The translations under genes and the position numbers were made by a program. DNA of 64,000 nucleotides from a virus, in IMG/VR virus record IMGVR_UViG_3300032286_000926, positions 1 through 64,000 of that record. One strand, written 5' to 3'. Positions 16,741 through 25,441 of the stretch are shown here, in pieces. The notes beneath the pieces were generated by a model. It saw only the letters and a program-made list of their open reading frames with translations. It did no database searches and was not told the origin of the DNA. Position 1 is the stretch's first letter; every line of letters starts with the position of its first letter.

Positions 16741-17289
16741 ATGAATATATTTTACCTAGACCATAATCCAATTCATTGTGCAGAAATGCATAATAATAAA
16801 CATGTTGTAAAGATGATACTTGAATATGCTCAATTACTTTCTACCGCACACCGTATTCTTGACGGTGTTCCTACTGTTGGTTTATCTAAGTCTGGTCGCA
16901 AACAACAGCGTTACATTCTCAATGATGAGCGTGAGCAAATTCTTTATTCCGCTACTCATATTCACCACCCTTCAGCTGTGTGGTGCCGACAAAATGATTC
17001 AAACTATATTTGGTTAAGTAAACTATTATTGGCTTGTTGTAAAGAATATACCTATCGTTATGGTAAAGTTCATAAGTGTGAAGAAAGTGGATTAGTTAAA
17101 CAGTTATTTTGGAATCCACCAAAGAACATACCTCATGGTGACTTTACACAACCTACACCTGCCATGCCAGATGAGGTAAAAATTGCAGGAGATTCTTTGG
17201 CATCCTATCGTAACTACTATATACTTAATAAGACACATTTAGCTAATTGGAAGAAAAGGGAAGTACCAAGTTGGTATAAAACAATATGA
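16741..17289 (+). CDS. denV: Pyrimidine-dimer DNA glycosylase (DenV-like)
   Basis: MNIFYLD...CA..H..KHVVKM.LEYAQLLSTAH...TH.HHPSA.W. Confidence 0.85.
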   Translation: MNIFYLDHNPIHCAEMHNNKHVVKMILEYAQLLSTAHRILDGVPTVGLSKSGRKQQRYILNDEREQILYSATHIHHPSAVWCRQNDSNYIWLSKLLLACCKEYTYRYGKVHKCEESGLVKQLFWNPPKNIPHGDFTQPTPAMPDEVKIAGDSLASYRNYYILNKTHLANWKKREVPSWYKTI

Positions 17290-17849
17290 CAGTATTAAGA
17301 GATATTACAAACGATAAACACCGAGAGGTTGAAAATACCGAGCTCGTCAAATATCTGTTTAAAGGCGAAGTGAAAAAAGAAGTGTATGTAAGTTATTTGT
17401 ATGAATTATTACATATCTATACGGTTCTGGAAGAACTGGCAAAGAAAACTGGTGCATTAGAAGGTCTTGATGGTATCGAAAGAACACAAGCAATCCGTGA
17501 TGATTTGGATGAATTGAATCCTTTATATGAACGAGATATTACCGAATCAACCAGAAAATATTTAAATTATATTGAAGATTTGGCCGCAGATGAAAATCAC
17601 AAACACTTGATTATGGCACATGTATATTGCCGACATATGGGTGATTTGTTTGGTGGTAAATTACTTGCTCGATTAGCCCCAGGTGAAGGTAGAGCATATC
17701 AATTTGATGATAGGCCGGCTTTGATTAAGGCATTTAGTGCCAAAGTAACCGAAGATTTAGGTGATGAAGCTAATATTTCATTCGGACATTTTATTAATAT
17801 TTTTAATGACCTCTGGCAGGTTATAAAGGTTGAAAATGCCGACATATGA
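17286..17849 (+). CDS. Heme oxygenase
   Basis: LR..T..KH..VE (proximal His), Y..LE, R..AI..DL, AH.Y.RHMGDL.GG, EA...F. Confidence 0.9.
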   Translation: MTVLRDITNDKHREVENTELVKYLFKGEVKKEVYVSYLYELLHIYTVLEELAKKTGALEGLDGIERTQAIRDDLDELNPLYERDITESTRKYLNYIEDLAADENHKHLIMAHVYCRHMGDLFGGKLLARLAPGEGRAYQFDDRPALIKAFSAKVTEDLGDEANISFGHFINIFNDLWQVIKVENADI

Positions 17850-18162
17850 GTTTCTAGATACCGAGACTGATGAAATTTTTGAAGCTGTTATGAAATGGTC
17901 AGAGCGTGAGGAGTTTCTAAAAGAGAATCCACAATATCAACCATTATTATCGGCACCTAATATTGTTTCTGGTGTTTCTACATCAAAACAGAATCGTGTA
18001 CCTGATGGATTTAAAGAAGTTCTATCTAAGATTTCCGAAAATAATAAGTATGGTCATATTGCAGAGAAACATGGTAAGCGAGGCATCAAAGAAGCCAAAG
18101 TTGCCGATGTAATTAAGAAACACGTAGATAGAGTATCAAAACGAGAAGCGAATAAGAAATGA
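17836..18162 (+). CDS. FmdB-like conserved T4-like phage protein
   Basis: MPTYEF start, PDGFKEVLSKI. Confidence 0.7.
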   Translation: MPTYEFLDTETDEIFEAVMKWSEREEFLKENPQYQPLLSAPNIVSGVSTSKQNRVPDGFKEVLSKISENNKYGHIAEKHGKRGIKEAKVADVIKKHVDRVSKREANKK

Positions 18163-18845
18163 TTTTTAACCATATTAAACTACCACAATTACAATTTGAT
18201 TTGGTATCGGAAACAACCGAAACTGGTAGAAAATATGTTTTACCTGATGGTCGTAAATATGATTCTGTTACCACCATTCTATCTCATGCCAAAGATAAGA
18301 CATTCTTAAATGAATGGCGTGCTAGGATTGGTGAGGAAGAGGCCAATCGAATTGTTAGAAGGTCGACAAGTCGTGGTACTAAACTACATGATGCTTGTGA
18401 GAAATATCTGAAAAATGAATTGTCGGATATGAAAATTAAAACATTGATGCCTGATGTTAAAGATTTCTTCCTACAATTAAAACCAATCATTGATAAAAAT
18501 GTTGGTGTTGTATATGGTACTGAGCAGGCTCTTTTTAGTGATAGATTAAAAATTGCAGGTCGTACCGATTGTATTGCAGAATGGGCTAATAAAATATCCA
18601 TTGTGGATTATAAAAACTCCATTAAAGAAAAGCGTGAAGATTGGATTCAAGATTATTTCATTCAATGTACCGCATATGCAAACCTGTTCGAAGATTTAAC
18701 TGGTTTGCCAATTGAACAGATTGTGGTACTAATAGCAAATGAAGAGGGTACACCTCAGGTATTTGTGAGGGAAAAGACTAAATACCAACCTCAATTTGAT
18801 AAACTTGTGGATGATTACCGCAAATCACTAGAAATTGTAGTATAA
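18159..18845 (+). CDS. Cas4-like PD-(D/E)xK exonuclease
   Basis: SVTTIL, WR.RIG.EEA, RGT.LH, AGRTD, DYK, QCTAY. Confidence 0.9.
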   Translation: MIFNHIKLPQLQFDLVSETTETGRKYVLPDGRKYDSVTTILSHAKDKTFLNEWRARIGEEEANRIVRRSTSRGTKLHDACEKYLKNELSDMKIKTLMPDVKDFFLQLKPIIDKNVGVVYGTEQALFSDRLKIAGRTDCIAEWANKISIVDYKNSIKEKREDWIQDYFIQCTAYANLFEDLTGLPIEQIVVLIANEEGTPQVFVREKTKYQPQFDKLVDDYRKSLEIVV

Positions 18846-18853
18846 TAGAATAT

Positions 18854-18979
18854 ATGAAAAATAAACATTGGAAAAAACTCTGTACACCAGAGCAAAACGA
18901 AAGACAAACGGCAGCATTAATATTGCTTGCCACATTTCTTACAGGTTTGTTTGTTACATGGTTACTTTTTGGAAATTAA
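18854..18979 (+). CDS. Small membrane peptide
   Basis: 41-aa ORF with C-terminal TM segment. Confidence 0.45.
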   Translation: MKNKHWKKLCTPEQNERQTAALILLATFLTGLFVTWLLFGN

Positions 18980-18980
18980 T

Positions 18981-19091
18981 ATGTCAAATAAAGATTGTGT
19001 TAAAAAACATAAAATGAGAAGTTTTCGATTTTATATTGGTGCGTGTATATTTGCAACAATAGTAATGACAATACTTTTTATTATAAACTAA
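18981..19091 (+). CDS. Small membrane peptide
   Basis: 36-aa ORF with C-terminal TM segment. Confidence 0.4.
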   Translation: MSNKDCVKKHKMRSFRFYIGACIFATIVMTILFIIN

Positions 19092-19405
19092 TTCGTTGAA
19101 GTTTTTAGAAAGTTGTTTTGGACGTGGGTTCGATTCCCACCACCTCCACCAAAAGTATATTGACGAACCGAGTTATCGGTAGCAAACATGAAAGTGGCAA
19201 TATACTTCTGATGGGGGTGACCTGGTTTCGACAGGACATACAAGTATAAAAATGGAGAATCGTCAAAGCTAAAGACGTTAGGATTGAGGACACTCGGTCG
19301 AAGAAGCAAATTAAATTAAACGCAAACGATAATAAGTTCGCATTAGCAGCCTAAACACTGCTTAGGGTTTTGATGGGTTGACCTCGTAACAGAATAACCC
19401 ATCAC
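19092..19405 (+). ncRNA. ssrA: Circularly permuted (two-piece) tmRNA
   Basis: T-arm plus CACCTCC-A-CCA (ends 19151) precedes 5' GGGGGTGACCTGGTTTCGAC (19213); G3:U70 pair; tag ORF 19322-19354 = ANDNKFALAA*; outer ends approximate. Confidence 0.93.
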
Positions 19406-19421
19406 AACAATAGGAGAAATT

Positions 19422-19976
19422 ATGCGAAGTATTCCAATACTTTTAAGCATCTTAATATCGTCATCAATTTTGGTATTTTGCTTTACAAGTACCACAAGCA
19501 ACATCTATAATGTACCAGTTAAAGTTCGGTATCAAGAATTGTCCAAACCATTACAAAAACAAATTGATTGTTTGGCACAAAATATTTACTATGAAGCTGG
19601 ACACGAATCAAAAGAAGGGCAAATTGCCGTAGCAATGGTTACCTTAAATCGGTTATCTACAGGTTTCTATGCCCATGATATTTGCGGTGTAGTTAAACAG
19701 AAAACCAATGGTACCTGCCAGTTCTCATGGGTATGTGTTACTGGCGGCTTGACAAACGTACACAATCTGTTGTATAATGATATTAGACAATTAGCAGTAA
19801 ACGTTGTTATGAATTATGATGTTATTCGTGATAATACCCACGGTGCAACATACTACCATGCCGATTATGTTAATCCAAATTGGGGATTACCAAAGACAAC
19901 ACAAATTGGTCGGCATATTTTTTACAAACACCACAGAGATGTGGCCAATATTAATAAGGAAATTAAATATGAATGA
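19422..19976 (+). CDS. Cell wall hydrolase (SleB/Hydrolase_2)
   Basis: N-terminal TM/signal; CLAQNIYYEA, GQIAVA.V.LNR, CQFSW, GATYYHADYV.P.W, IGRHIFY. Confidence 0.92.
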   Translation: MRSIPILLSILISSSILVFCFTSTTSNIYNVPVKVRYQELSKPLQKQIDCLAQNIYYEAGHESKEGQIAVAMVTLNRLSTGFYAHDICGVVKQKTNGTCQFSWVCVTGGLTNVHNLLYNDIRQLAVNVVMNYDVIRDNTHGATYYHADYVNPNWGLPKTTQIGRHIFYKHHRDVANINKEIKYE

Positions 19977-20214
19977 AGTGAAAAAAACTATTGAATCAAT
20001 GTCTTTCGTTGTTTCGGTTGCATTGGTTGTTATTTCAATTGTCATCGGTGTAACATATTACAATGTTAGTGACCGTAAATTGATGAGTGCAAATATCGAT
20101 TCAGCAATCGCTAAGGGTATTGATCCAATTTCAGTTCGTTGCTCTTTCGCACAAAGCGGAGATACAATTTGTGTAGCACATGCAGCTTCTATGGGTTCAT
20201 CAGGTCGTAAATAA
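19969..20214 (+). CDS. Small membrane protein
   Basis: TM segment then AI.KGIDP.SVRC; AAGGA RBS. Confidence 0.7.
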   Translation: MNEVKKTIESMSFVVSVALVVISIVIGVTYYNVSDRKLMSANIDSAIAKGIDPISVRCSFAQSGDTICVAHAASMGSSGRK

Positions 20215-20228
20215 AAAGGAAATATATT

Positions 20229-20501
20229 ATGGCAGTTCAGCAATTGAGTATTAACAAGATTACAAGTGAAGCAGACCAAAAGAAACTCTTGGATTGTTTG
20301 CGTGAGTGTTCAGCTTCAATGACACGAATGGAAGGTGAGAGTGATTACATTAAAGAATCTATCGCAACCGTATCCAAAAACTTGCAGTTACCTAAAAAAT
20401 TGGTTTCTAGGTTGGTTAAAGTTTATCATAAACAAAACTATGATGAAGAAGTAGCTACCCATGAACAATTTGAAACCCTATATGAAACGATTGTGAAATA
20501 A
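20229..20501 (+). CDS. dsbA: T4 DsbA-like double-stranded DNA-binding protein
   Basis: IKE.......L.KK.V..LVK.YHKQN..EE......E.LYE; position before gp33-59-32. Confidence 0.75.
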   Translation: MAVQQLSINKITSEADQKKLLDCLRECSASMTRMEGESDYIKESIATVSKNLQLPKKLVSRLVKVYHKQNYDEEVATHEQFETLYETIVK

Positions 20502-20502
20502 T

Positions 20503-20844
20503 ATGAGTAAATTTACATTTATTAAAGAAGATGGTGTTTATTGTACCAATTCAAAACAGACAGTAGAATTTTCAGCTGTAAGTCTCGAAGAAGTATTGAA
20601 ACAATTTGAATCCTTTTTACGAGGCGCTGGTTTTGTATTTAATGGTGAAGTGGGTATTTTTGAAGAAGAAGATTACCAATCAAATTATGATTACGATTAT
20701 GATTTCAGTAATCTACCACAAAATAATTGGCCTTTTGGTTCACAAACAGAATTGGTAGGAAAATGTCCAGTTTGCAAGCTTGATAATGAGACTATGGAAT
20801 TTCATAAATGTTATGATATAAATTGTCCAAAGGATGTGTTATAA
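20503..20844 (+). CDS. Hypothetical protein
   Basis: EF.A..L.EVL..FE.FLRG.GF motif; C-terminal CxxC...CxxxxC. Confidence 0.7.
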   Translation: MSKFTFIKEDGVYCTNSKQTVEFSAVSLEEVLKQFESFLRGAGFVFNGEVGIFEEEDYQSNYDYDYDFSNLPQNNWPFGSQTELVGKCPVCKLDNETMEFHKCYDINCPKDVL

Positions 20845-21068
20845 TGCCAACCAAAGATGAGATGAAGAAGTTTTCGTTTGCAATTGATTCAATGGTCGCA
20901 AATACTGATTACACTTATCTTGAAGCAATCGTGGAATACTGTAAGACTACAGGCCTCGAAATTGAAGTGGCGGCATCCTTAATCAACGCCAATCTGAAAA
21001 CAAAGATTGAAGGACAAGCCATGGACCTTAACCTTTTGAAAGAGAAAACCAACAAGTTACCCATATGA
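20844..21068 (+). CDS. gp33: Late-transcription coactivator gp33
   Basis: YLEAIVEYC....EIE....LI...LK.KIE..A..LNLL....KLPI; synteny. Confidence 0.9.
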   Translation: MPTKDEMKKFSFAIDSMVANTDYTYLEAIVEYCKTTGLEIEVAASLINANLKTKIEGQAMDLNLLKEKTNKLPI

Positions 21069-21679
21069 TTACTGGTTATGAAGCATTCAGTTTATTTCAA
21101 GCATTAAAATTACATTTTACATCCGATTCTTACGATTTCTTTAAGTACAACGGTAAGAGTAAAGTTTCAGTAGATGCTTTTGAGAACCGTAAAGACAAGT
21201 ACCATTTTTATAAGTTGTCTCGCAGATTACCGAATCGTGATGAATTGATTATGTTCATTGTGGCTAACTTTTTGAATAATGAAAACCTTTGGGTAGGTGA
21301 TTTATTGTCTGAAGAATCGGAAACTATTTACCGTGAAAGACAACGGGTAATTCAGAGTTTATCTTATATCTTTGAAAATGATTGTAAAGTTATCTTTGAA
21401 GATTGTAAAGATCCTAATGAAGTATTGTCAAGTTCTGGAGACTATCCAAGACTGTTAACGATGGCTTTACGCAAAGAGATATCGATAGAGACAATAACCA
21501 TCCTAAACGCAATCCTACAATTCTTACCGATGTGGAATAAAAAGATTACCGATACAATACGATGGCCAATTTACCAAAGAAAACTGGCTAAGTATTCGGA
21601 GTTTTTACCCAAAGATATGAATAGGTTTAAATTAATATTGAAGAAAGTGATAAATGAAAATCAAAAAGTTATATCTTGA
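21065..21679 (+). CDS. gp59: Helicase loader gp59
   Basis: ALKLHFT...YDFFKYNGK...F..RKDKY.F.KL. Confidence 0.93.
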   Translation: MITGYEAFSLFQALKLHFTSDSYDFFKYNGKSKVSVDAFENRKDKYHFYKLSRRLPNRDELIMFIVANFLNNENLWVGDLLSEESETIYRERQRVIQSLSYIFENDCKVIFEDCKDPNEVLSSSGDYPRLLTMALRKEISIETITILNAILQFLPMWNKKITDTIRWPIYQRKLAKYSEFLPKDMNRFKLILKKVINENQKVIS

Positions 21680-22160
21680 TATGGATGGCGTAATTGCCAA
21701 CTTTGAGAAAAGATATATCGAATTATTCAAAGAACCACCTGGTGGTTTAAATCGTGACCGTAAAGAGTTTAGTAAAAATTGGGAAGTGTTTATTCAAGAT
21801 AAACATTTTGAAACTCTTGATTGGTGGCCAGGAGCTTGTGAATTAATTTCATATATTCAAAAGAATTTTTCACATGATACCGTGGAAATACTTACCTCAT
21901 CTGGCGGTAACAAATACCATAGTGAGGTAGAAGTTCAAAAAAATATTTGGATTAAAAAAATGAATCTTTCCGAACAATGGAAAGTCAATGTGGTAGCAGG
22001 AAGAAAATTAAAAGCGGAGTTTGCTACTCCAGATAGCGTCTTAATTGATGATACCTTAGATGTTATCGAAGCTTTCAATAAAGCAGGTGGAATAGGTATT
22101 CATCACAAAGATTACGGCAATACTATCATGTTGCTGGATATCTTGCTTGCAAATGACTAA
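21654..22160 (+). CDS. HAD-family 5'(3')-nucleotidase-like protein
   Basis: YLDMDGV.A.F, ILTS, K..W, LIDD, GG.GI.H. Confidence 0.88.
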   Translation: MKIKKLYLDMDGVIANFEKRYIELFKEPPGGLNRDRKEFSKNWEVFIQDKHFETLDWWPGACELISYIQKNFSHDTVEILTSSGGNKYHSEVEVQKNIWIKKMNLSEQWKVNVVAGRKLKAEFATPDSVLIDDTLDVIEAFNKAGGIGIHHKDYGNTIMLLDILLAND

Positions 22161-22175
22161 ATACTATGATATAAT
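22147..22175 (+). promoter_or_regulatory. gp32 promoter (sigma70-like with nested late-like CTAAATA)
   Basis: TTGCAA-17-TATAAT; CTAAATA at 22157-22163. Confidence 0.6.
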
Positions 22176-22235
22176 GCATATAGTGGATAAGTCGTTTATA
22201 CATCGTTAATATACCGTTTATAAGGAGTAACAAAT

Positions 22236-23135
22236 ATGAGTAGCTTTGCTAATCTCAAGCGTAACAAGAGTTCATTCGATAAACTCACAAAGGCTATTGA
22301 AGCCACCACACAACCTGCTGAGGCAGGATCCAAAGAAGATACCCGTTTCTGGCAACCTGAAGTAGATAAATCAGGTAATGGCATGGCCGTTATCCGTTTC
22401 CTTGCAGCTCCCGCTGTTGATGGTGATGATGCTCTTCCATGGGTTCGTATCTTCTCACATGGATTCCAAGCACAAGGCGGTTGGTTAATCGATAACTGCT
22501 TAACAACTCTTGATGGTGCTAAGTGTCCAGTATGTGACCACAATTCAACTTTGTGGAACTCTGGCATCGAAGCCAATAAAGAGATTGTTCGCAAACAGAA
22601 GCGTAAATTGAATTACATCGCCAATGTGTTAATCGTTTCTGACCCTAAACATCCAGAAAACGAAGGTCAAGTCAAATTATTTAAATTTGGCAAAAAGATT
22701 TTCGATAAGATTTCTGAAGCTATGAATCCAGAATTTCCGGATGAGAAGCCAGTTAATCCTTTTGATTTCTGGGAAGGTGCCAACTTCAAGTTAAAGATTC
22801 GTAATGTTGAAGGCTATCGTAACTATGATAAGTCTGAGTTTGAATCTGCTGAACCACTATTAGGTGGTGATGATGATAAACTTGAGGAACTCTGGAAGAA
22901 AGAGCATTCTCTGAAAGAGTTTTTGGATGCTAAGAACTTTAAACCATACGACCAATTGAAATCTCGCCTAGATAAGGTATTAGGTTTCTCAGGTTCTGTG
23001 GCAATCAAGTCCAAAGCGGAAGATATTCTAGCACCGTCTAGAGTAGAAGAAGATGTGCCATTCGATACATCTTCAAAGTCTGCGGGTAGTGATGATGATT
23101 TGGATTATTTCAAGTCATTAGCTGAAACAGACTAA
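22236..23135 (+). CDS. gp32: Single-stranded DNA-binding protein gp32
   Basis: D.RFW.P..DK.GNG.AVIRFL, HGF, NC.TT....CPVC, FGKKIFDKI, FDFWEGANF, acidic tail DDDLDYF. Confidence 0.97.
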   Translation: MSSFANLKRNKSSFDKLTKAIEATTQPAEAGSKEDTRFWQPEVDKSGNGMAVIRFLAAPAVDGDDALPWVRIFSHGFQAQGGWLIDNCLTTLDGAKCPVCDHNSTLWNSGIEANKEIVRKQKRKLNYIANVLIVSDPKHPENEGQVKLFKFGKKIFDKISEAMNPEFPDEKPVNPFDFWEGANFKLKIRNVEGYRNYDKSEFESAEPLLGGDDDKLEELWKKEHSLKEFLDAKNFKPYDQLKSRLDKVLGFSGSVAIKSKAEDILAPSRVEEDVPFDTSSKSAGSDDDLDYFKSLAETD

Positions 23136-23155
23136 TAAAAATCCCATGCATGTAG

Positions 23156-23182
23156 AATACCCGCTTCGGCGGGTATTTTTTT
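23156..23182 (+). terminator. Intrinsic terminator with UUCG tetraloop
   Basis: AATACCCGC-TTCG-GCGGGTATT-TTTTT between convergent genes. Confidence 0.92.
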
Positions 23183-25253
23183 ATCCTATTGCTCGTTCCA
23201 CTAGTAACTTAGCTAATTCGGTATCAATAACACCTGATGCAGGTAAACTAATTTGGCCCCCACCACCGGTAGTGCTGTTTGAGGTTCTTGCATCAATATT
23301 AATTGGCGCAGAACTACCTGCATTGCGAGAATTATTTATTTGTTGAGAACCTTGATTTATTTGTGCGCCAGTTTTTGCAAAAGGAGATACTATTCCCTCA
23401 AATACTGATTTTGTTCCTTGAAATGTGGATTTTGAAGATCCATCCGAAGCTGCAACTGTCGCAGAACCATTACCATATTCTTTTAATGCCGAGTTGGCAT
23501 ATGCCATACGAGATTGTTCAACTGTTTTAGGCCTCTCATAATATTTACCAAAATTAAATGCGGCCTCTTCAGCTGTATTAGAAGAACGCAACATAGCACC
23601 CGCTTTACTTTCTTTGTTACTCATTTCATGCATTATGAAATCTAATTGAGTATTAACATCACTAATTTCTTTTCCTCTAGAACTAGCAAATTGAGCCAAA
23701 TCTTGTAAACGAGATCCTCTCCATTGAGCAAGTCCGTAAGCACCTTCTGGCTTATTATGTGCGCCACTATTTAAAGTTGATTCTTGTACCAAATTACCAA
23801 CTACACCAGCAGCTTGTGCAGGACTTAAACCCTTTGATACCAAATAATCAACAGCAGCTTTTGTGCTAATACTTTTGCCTTTAGGAAGATCCATGTGAGC
23901 ACCGGTTGCATTGAAACCATTTGACCCGGAAGGTGATGTACTAGTTGGAGATGATGCTCCCGGCATACCATAATAATTTGGTGTATTATTAATTTTTAAA
24001 TCGATGCCAGCACCACTCATCATCTCCTCTAAAGACATATTTTTTGATTGTTTTTCTGTTTGCGTTTCTTCTTTTGTGGGTGAATTGCTTTGTTTTTCAT
24101 CTTCACCCGTAAATTCTTTCCACCAACCATATAGTTCCCAGGCCAGAACCGCACTACCTAATATATTAATTGCGGTCCAAATCCAACCAGGTCCTGGAAC
24201 GGCAAGTCCAGCGCCGGCAGATAATAATCGTAAACCTATCTTAGCATATAATTTGGGTGCTTTTCGTTCTAAAAATGCTAAGAATCGAGTCCATCTTGAA
24301 GTTGGTGCTTTTGCGTATCGACCTGTTTTGGGATCTCTATATTGTTCTTTTGGTGTTGATGGTGCTGTTTTCGGTGTTGGTGTTGAGTAACCACCCATCG
24401 ATGAACCAACAGCTAAACCTGTAGCTGCTACAGCTGCACCCCCAAGACCAGAAGATTCCTCATCATCACCACCCGAAAACATATTATAGAGTCCTAAACC
24501 AATACCAGCGACACCAAGACCCCTGAAAACTTTTCCAACACCACCAGCACCTTTTTTACCCCTAATACCACCACCCGTTGATGAGACACCACCAAAACCA
24601 AAAAGTTTTTTGGCCAAAAATGCAAGGCCAGCAACTACCAAATTTATTGATGTTTTAATTGCAATAATACCAGCCAACAATATTGCGGATCCATACATAA
24701 TATTTTTCTTTACATCTTTCCAACCTTCTTCACCAAAAACAGTTCGGCCAAATTTTCCAATCATATCAAAAATGCCATTTCTAAACTCGGCACTAGTAAA
24801 GAATTTTCCAATACCATAAAGTATACCGGCAATTAAACCACCTTTGATTAACATGTTGGTTAAACCACCAGCAATTATTGCATTTAAGAAATCGTTTGCT
24901 TGGCCAAAAAATCCTTTACCATCTTTTTTATCACCTGTTTTTGTAGGTGATTTAGATGTTTTGGCTGCCATTTGAGATTCATACGATTTTTCTCGGTCAG
25001 AAGAGGATAAGAAGAATCGGTCAGCTTTATCTCTTTGAGTGCCACCAGCAATCTTAACCAATTTTAAAATGCCTTGTTTCATCACATTAATATCACGCAT
25101 TATTATAGGCAAGGCCATACTGTTGCGGCCAATGACATCCAAGCTACTTGTCAATTGAGAAGTATTTTCAGTATCCATCAAAGAAGAACTGTTACTAGAC
25201 TTAGCTCTTCTTTTGGTTTTTTTAAATTGTTTAAGAACGCTTGCAAATGGCAT
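23181..25253 (-). CDS. Tape-measure/gp29-like protein with phage tail-lysozyme domain
   Basis: Hydrophobic Gly-rich segments; GLS..QAAG.VGNL.QES...GLAQW.G.R...QLDF..HE...FGKYYERP lysozyme motif; follows gp26/gp51. Confidence 0.75.
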   Translation of the reverse strand: MPFASVLKQFKKTKRRAKSSNSSSLMDTENTSQLTSSLDVIGRNSMALPIIMRDINVMKQGILKLVKIAGGTQRDKADRFFLSSSDREKSYESQMAAKTSKSPTKTGDKKDGKGFFGQANDFLNAIIAGGLTNMLIKGGLIAGILYGIGKFFTSAEFRNGIFDMIGKFGRTVFGEEGWKDVKKNIMYGSAILLAGIIAIKTSINLVVAGLAFLAKKLFGFGGVSSTGGGIRGKKGAGGVGKVFRGLGVAGIGLGLYNMFSGGDDEESSGLGGAAVAATGLAVGSSMGGYSTPTPKTAPSTPKEQYRDPKTGRYAKAPTSRWTRFLAFLERKAPKLYAKIGLRLLSAGAGLAVPGPGWIWTAINILGSAVLAWELYGWWKEFTGEDEKQSNSPTKEETQTEKQSKNMSLEEMMSGAGIDLKINNTPNYYGMPGASSPTSTSPSGSNGFNATGAHMDLPKGKSISTKAAVDYLVSKGLSPAQAAGVVGNLVQESTLNSGAHNKPEGAYGLAQWRGSRLQDLAQFASSRGKEISDVNTQLDFIMHEMSNKESKAGAMLRSSNTAEEAAFNFGKYYERPKTVEQSRMAYANSALKEYGNGSATVAASDGSSKSTFQGTKSVFEGIVSPFAKTGAQINQGSQQINNSRNAGSSAPINIDARTSNSTTGGGGQISLPASGVIDTELAKLLVERAIG

Positions 25254-25256
25254 TTT

Positions 25257-25391
25257 TTATCTCTTTGAGTTTAGTTGTTTCATTCTTTCATTTTCTTCTT
25301 CAATAAAGTTAGATAACAAACTAACATATACCGATTTTTCCCACGGCAGCATATTATTCAAATCTGCCAAACTATACTTGTGATGTTGCAT
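25257..25391 (-). CDS. gp51: Baseplate assembly protein gp51 (possibly made as a gp26-gp51 frameshift fusion)
   Basis: MQHHKYSL.DL.NM.PWE..VYV.LL...IEEEN; reading frame is open upstream to the gp26 end. Confidence 0.85.
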   Translation of the reverse strand: MQHHKYSLADLNNMLPWEKSVYVSLLSNFIEEENERMKQLNSKR

Positions 25392-25441
25392 TAAAGCAAA
25401 GTTAGTTTCAAAGTGGTTTTTCAAATTATCATGGACAAAAG

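Noticed and set aside
18159-18845. Cas4-like nuclease as evidence of CRISPR-Cas
   Set aside because: Stand-alone exonuclease common in T4-like phages; no repeat-spacer array or other cas genes in the window
19111-19151. Isolated tRNA 3' half suggesting an attP site or pseudo-tRNA
   Set aside because: Explained as the acceptor piece of the permuted tmRNA; no integrase in the window
19088-19309. Minus-strand ORFs 19088..19309 and 19105..19293
   Set aside because: Antisense to the tmRNA
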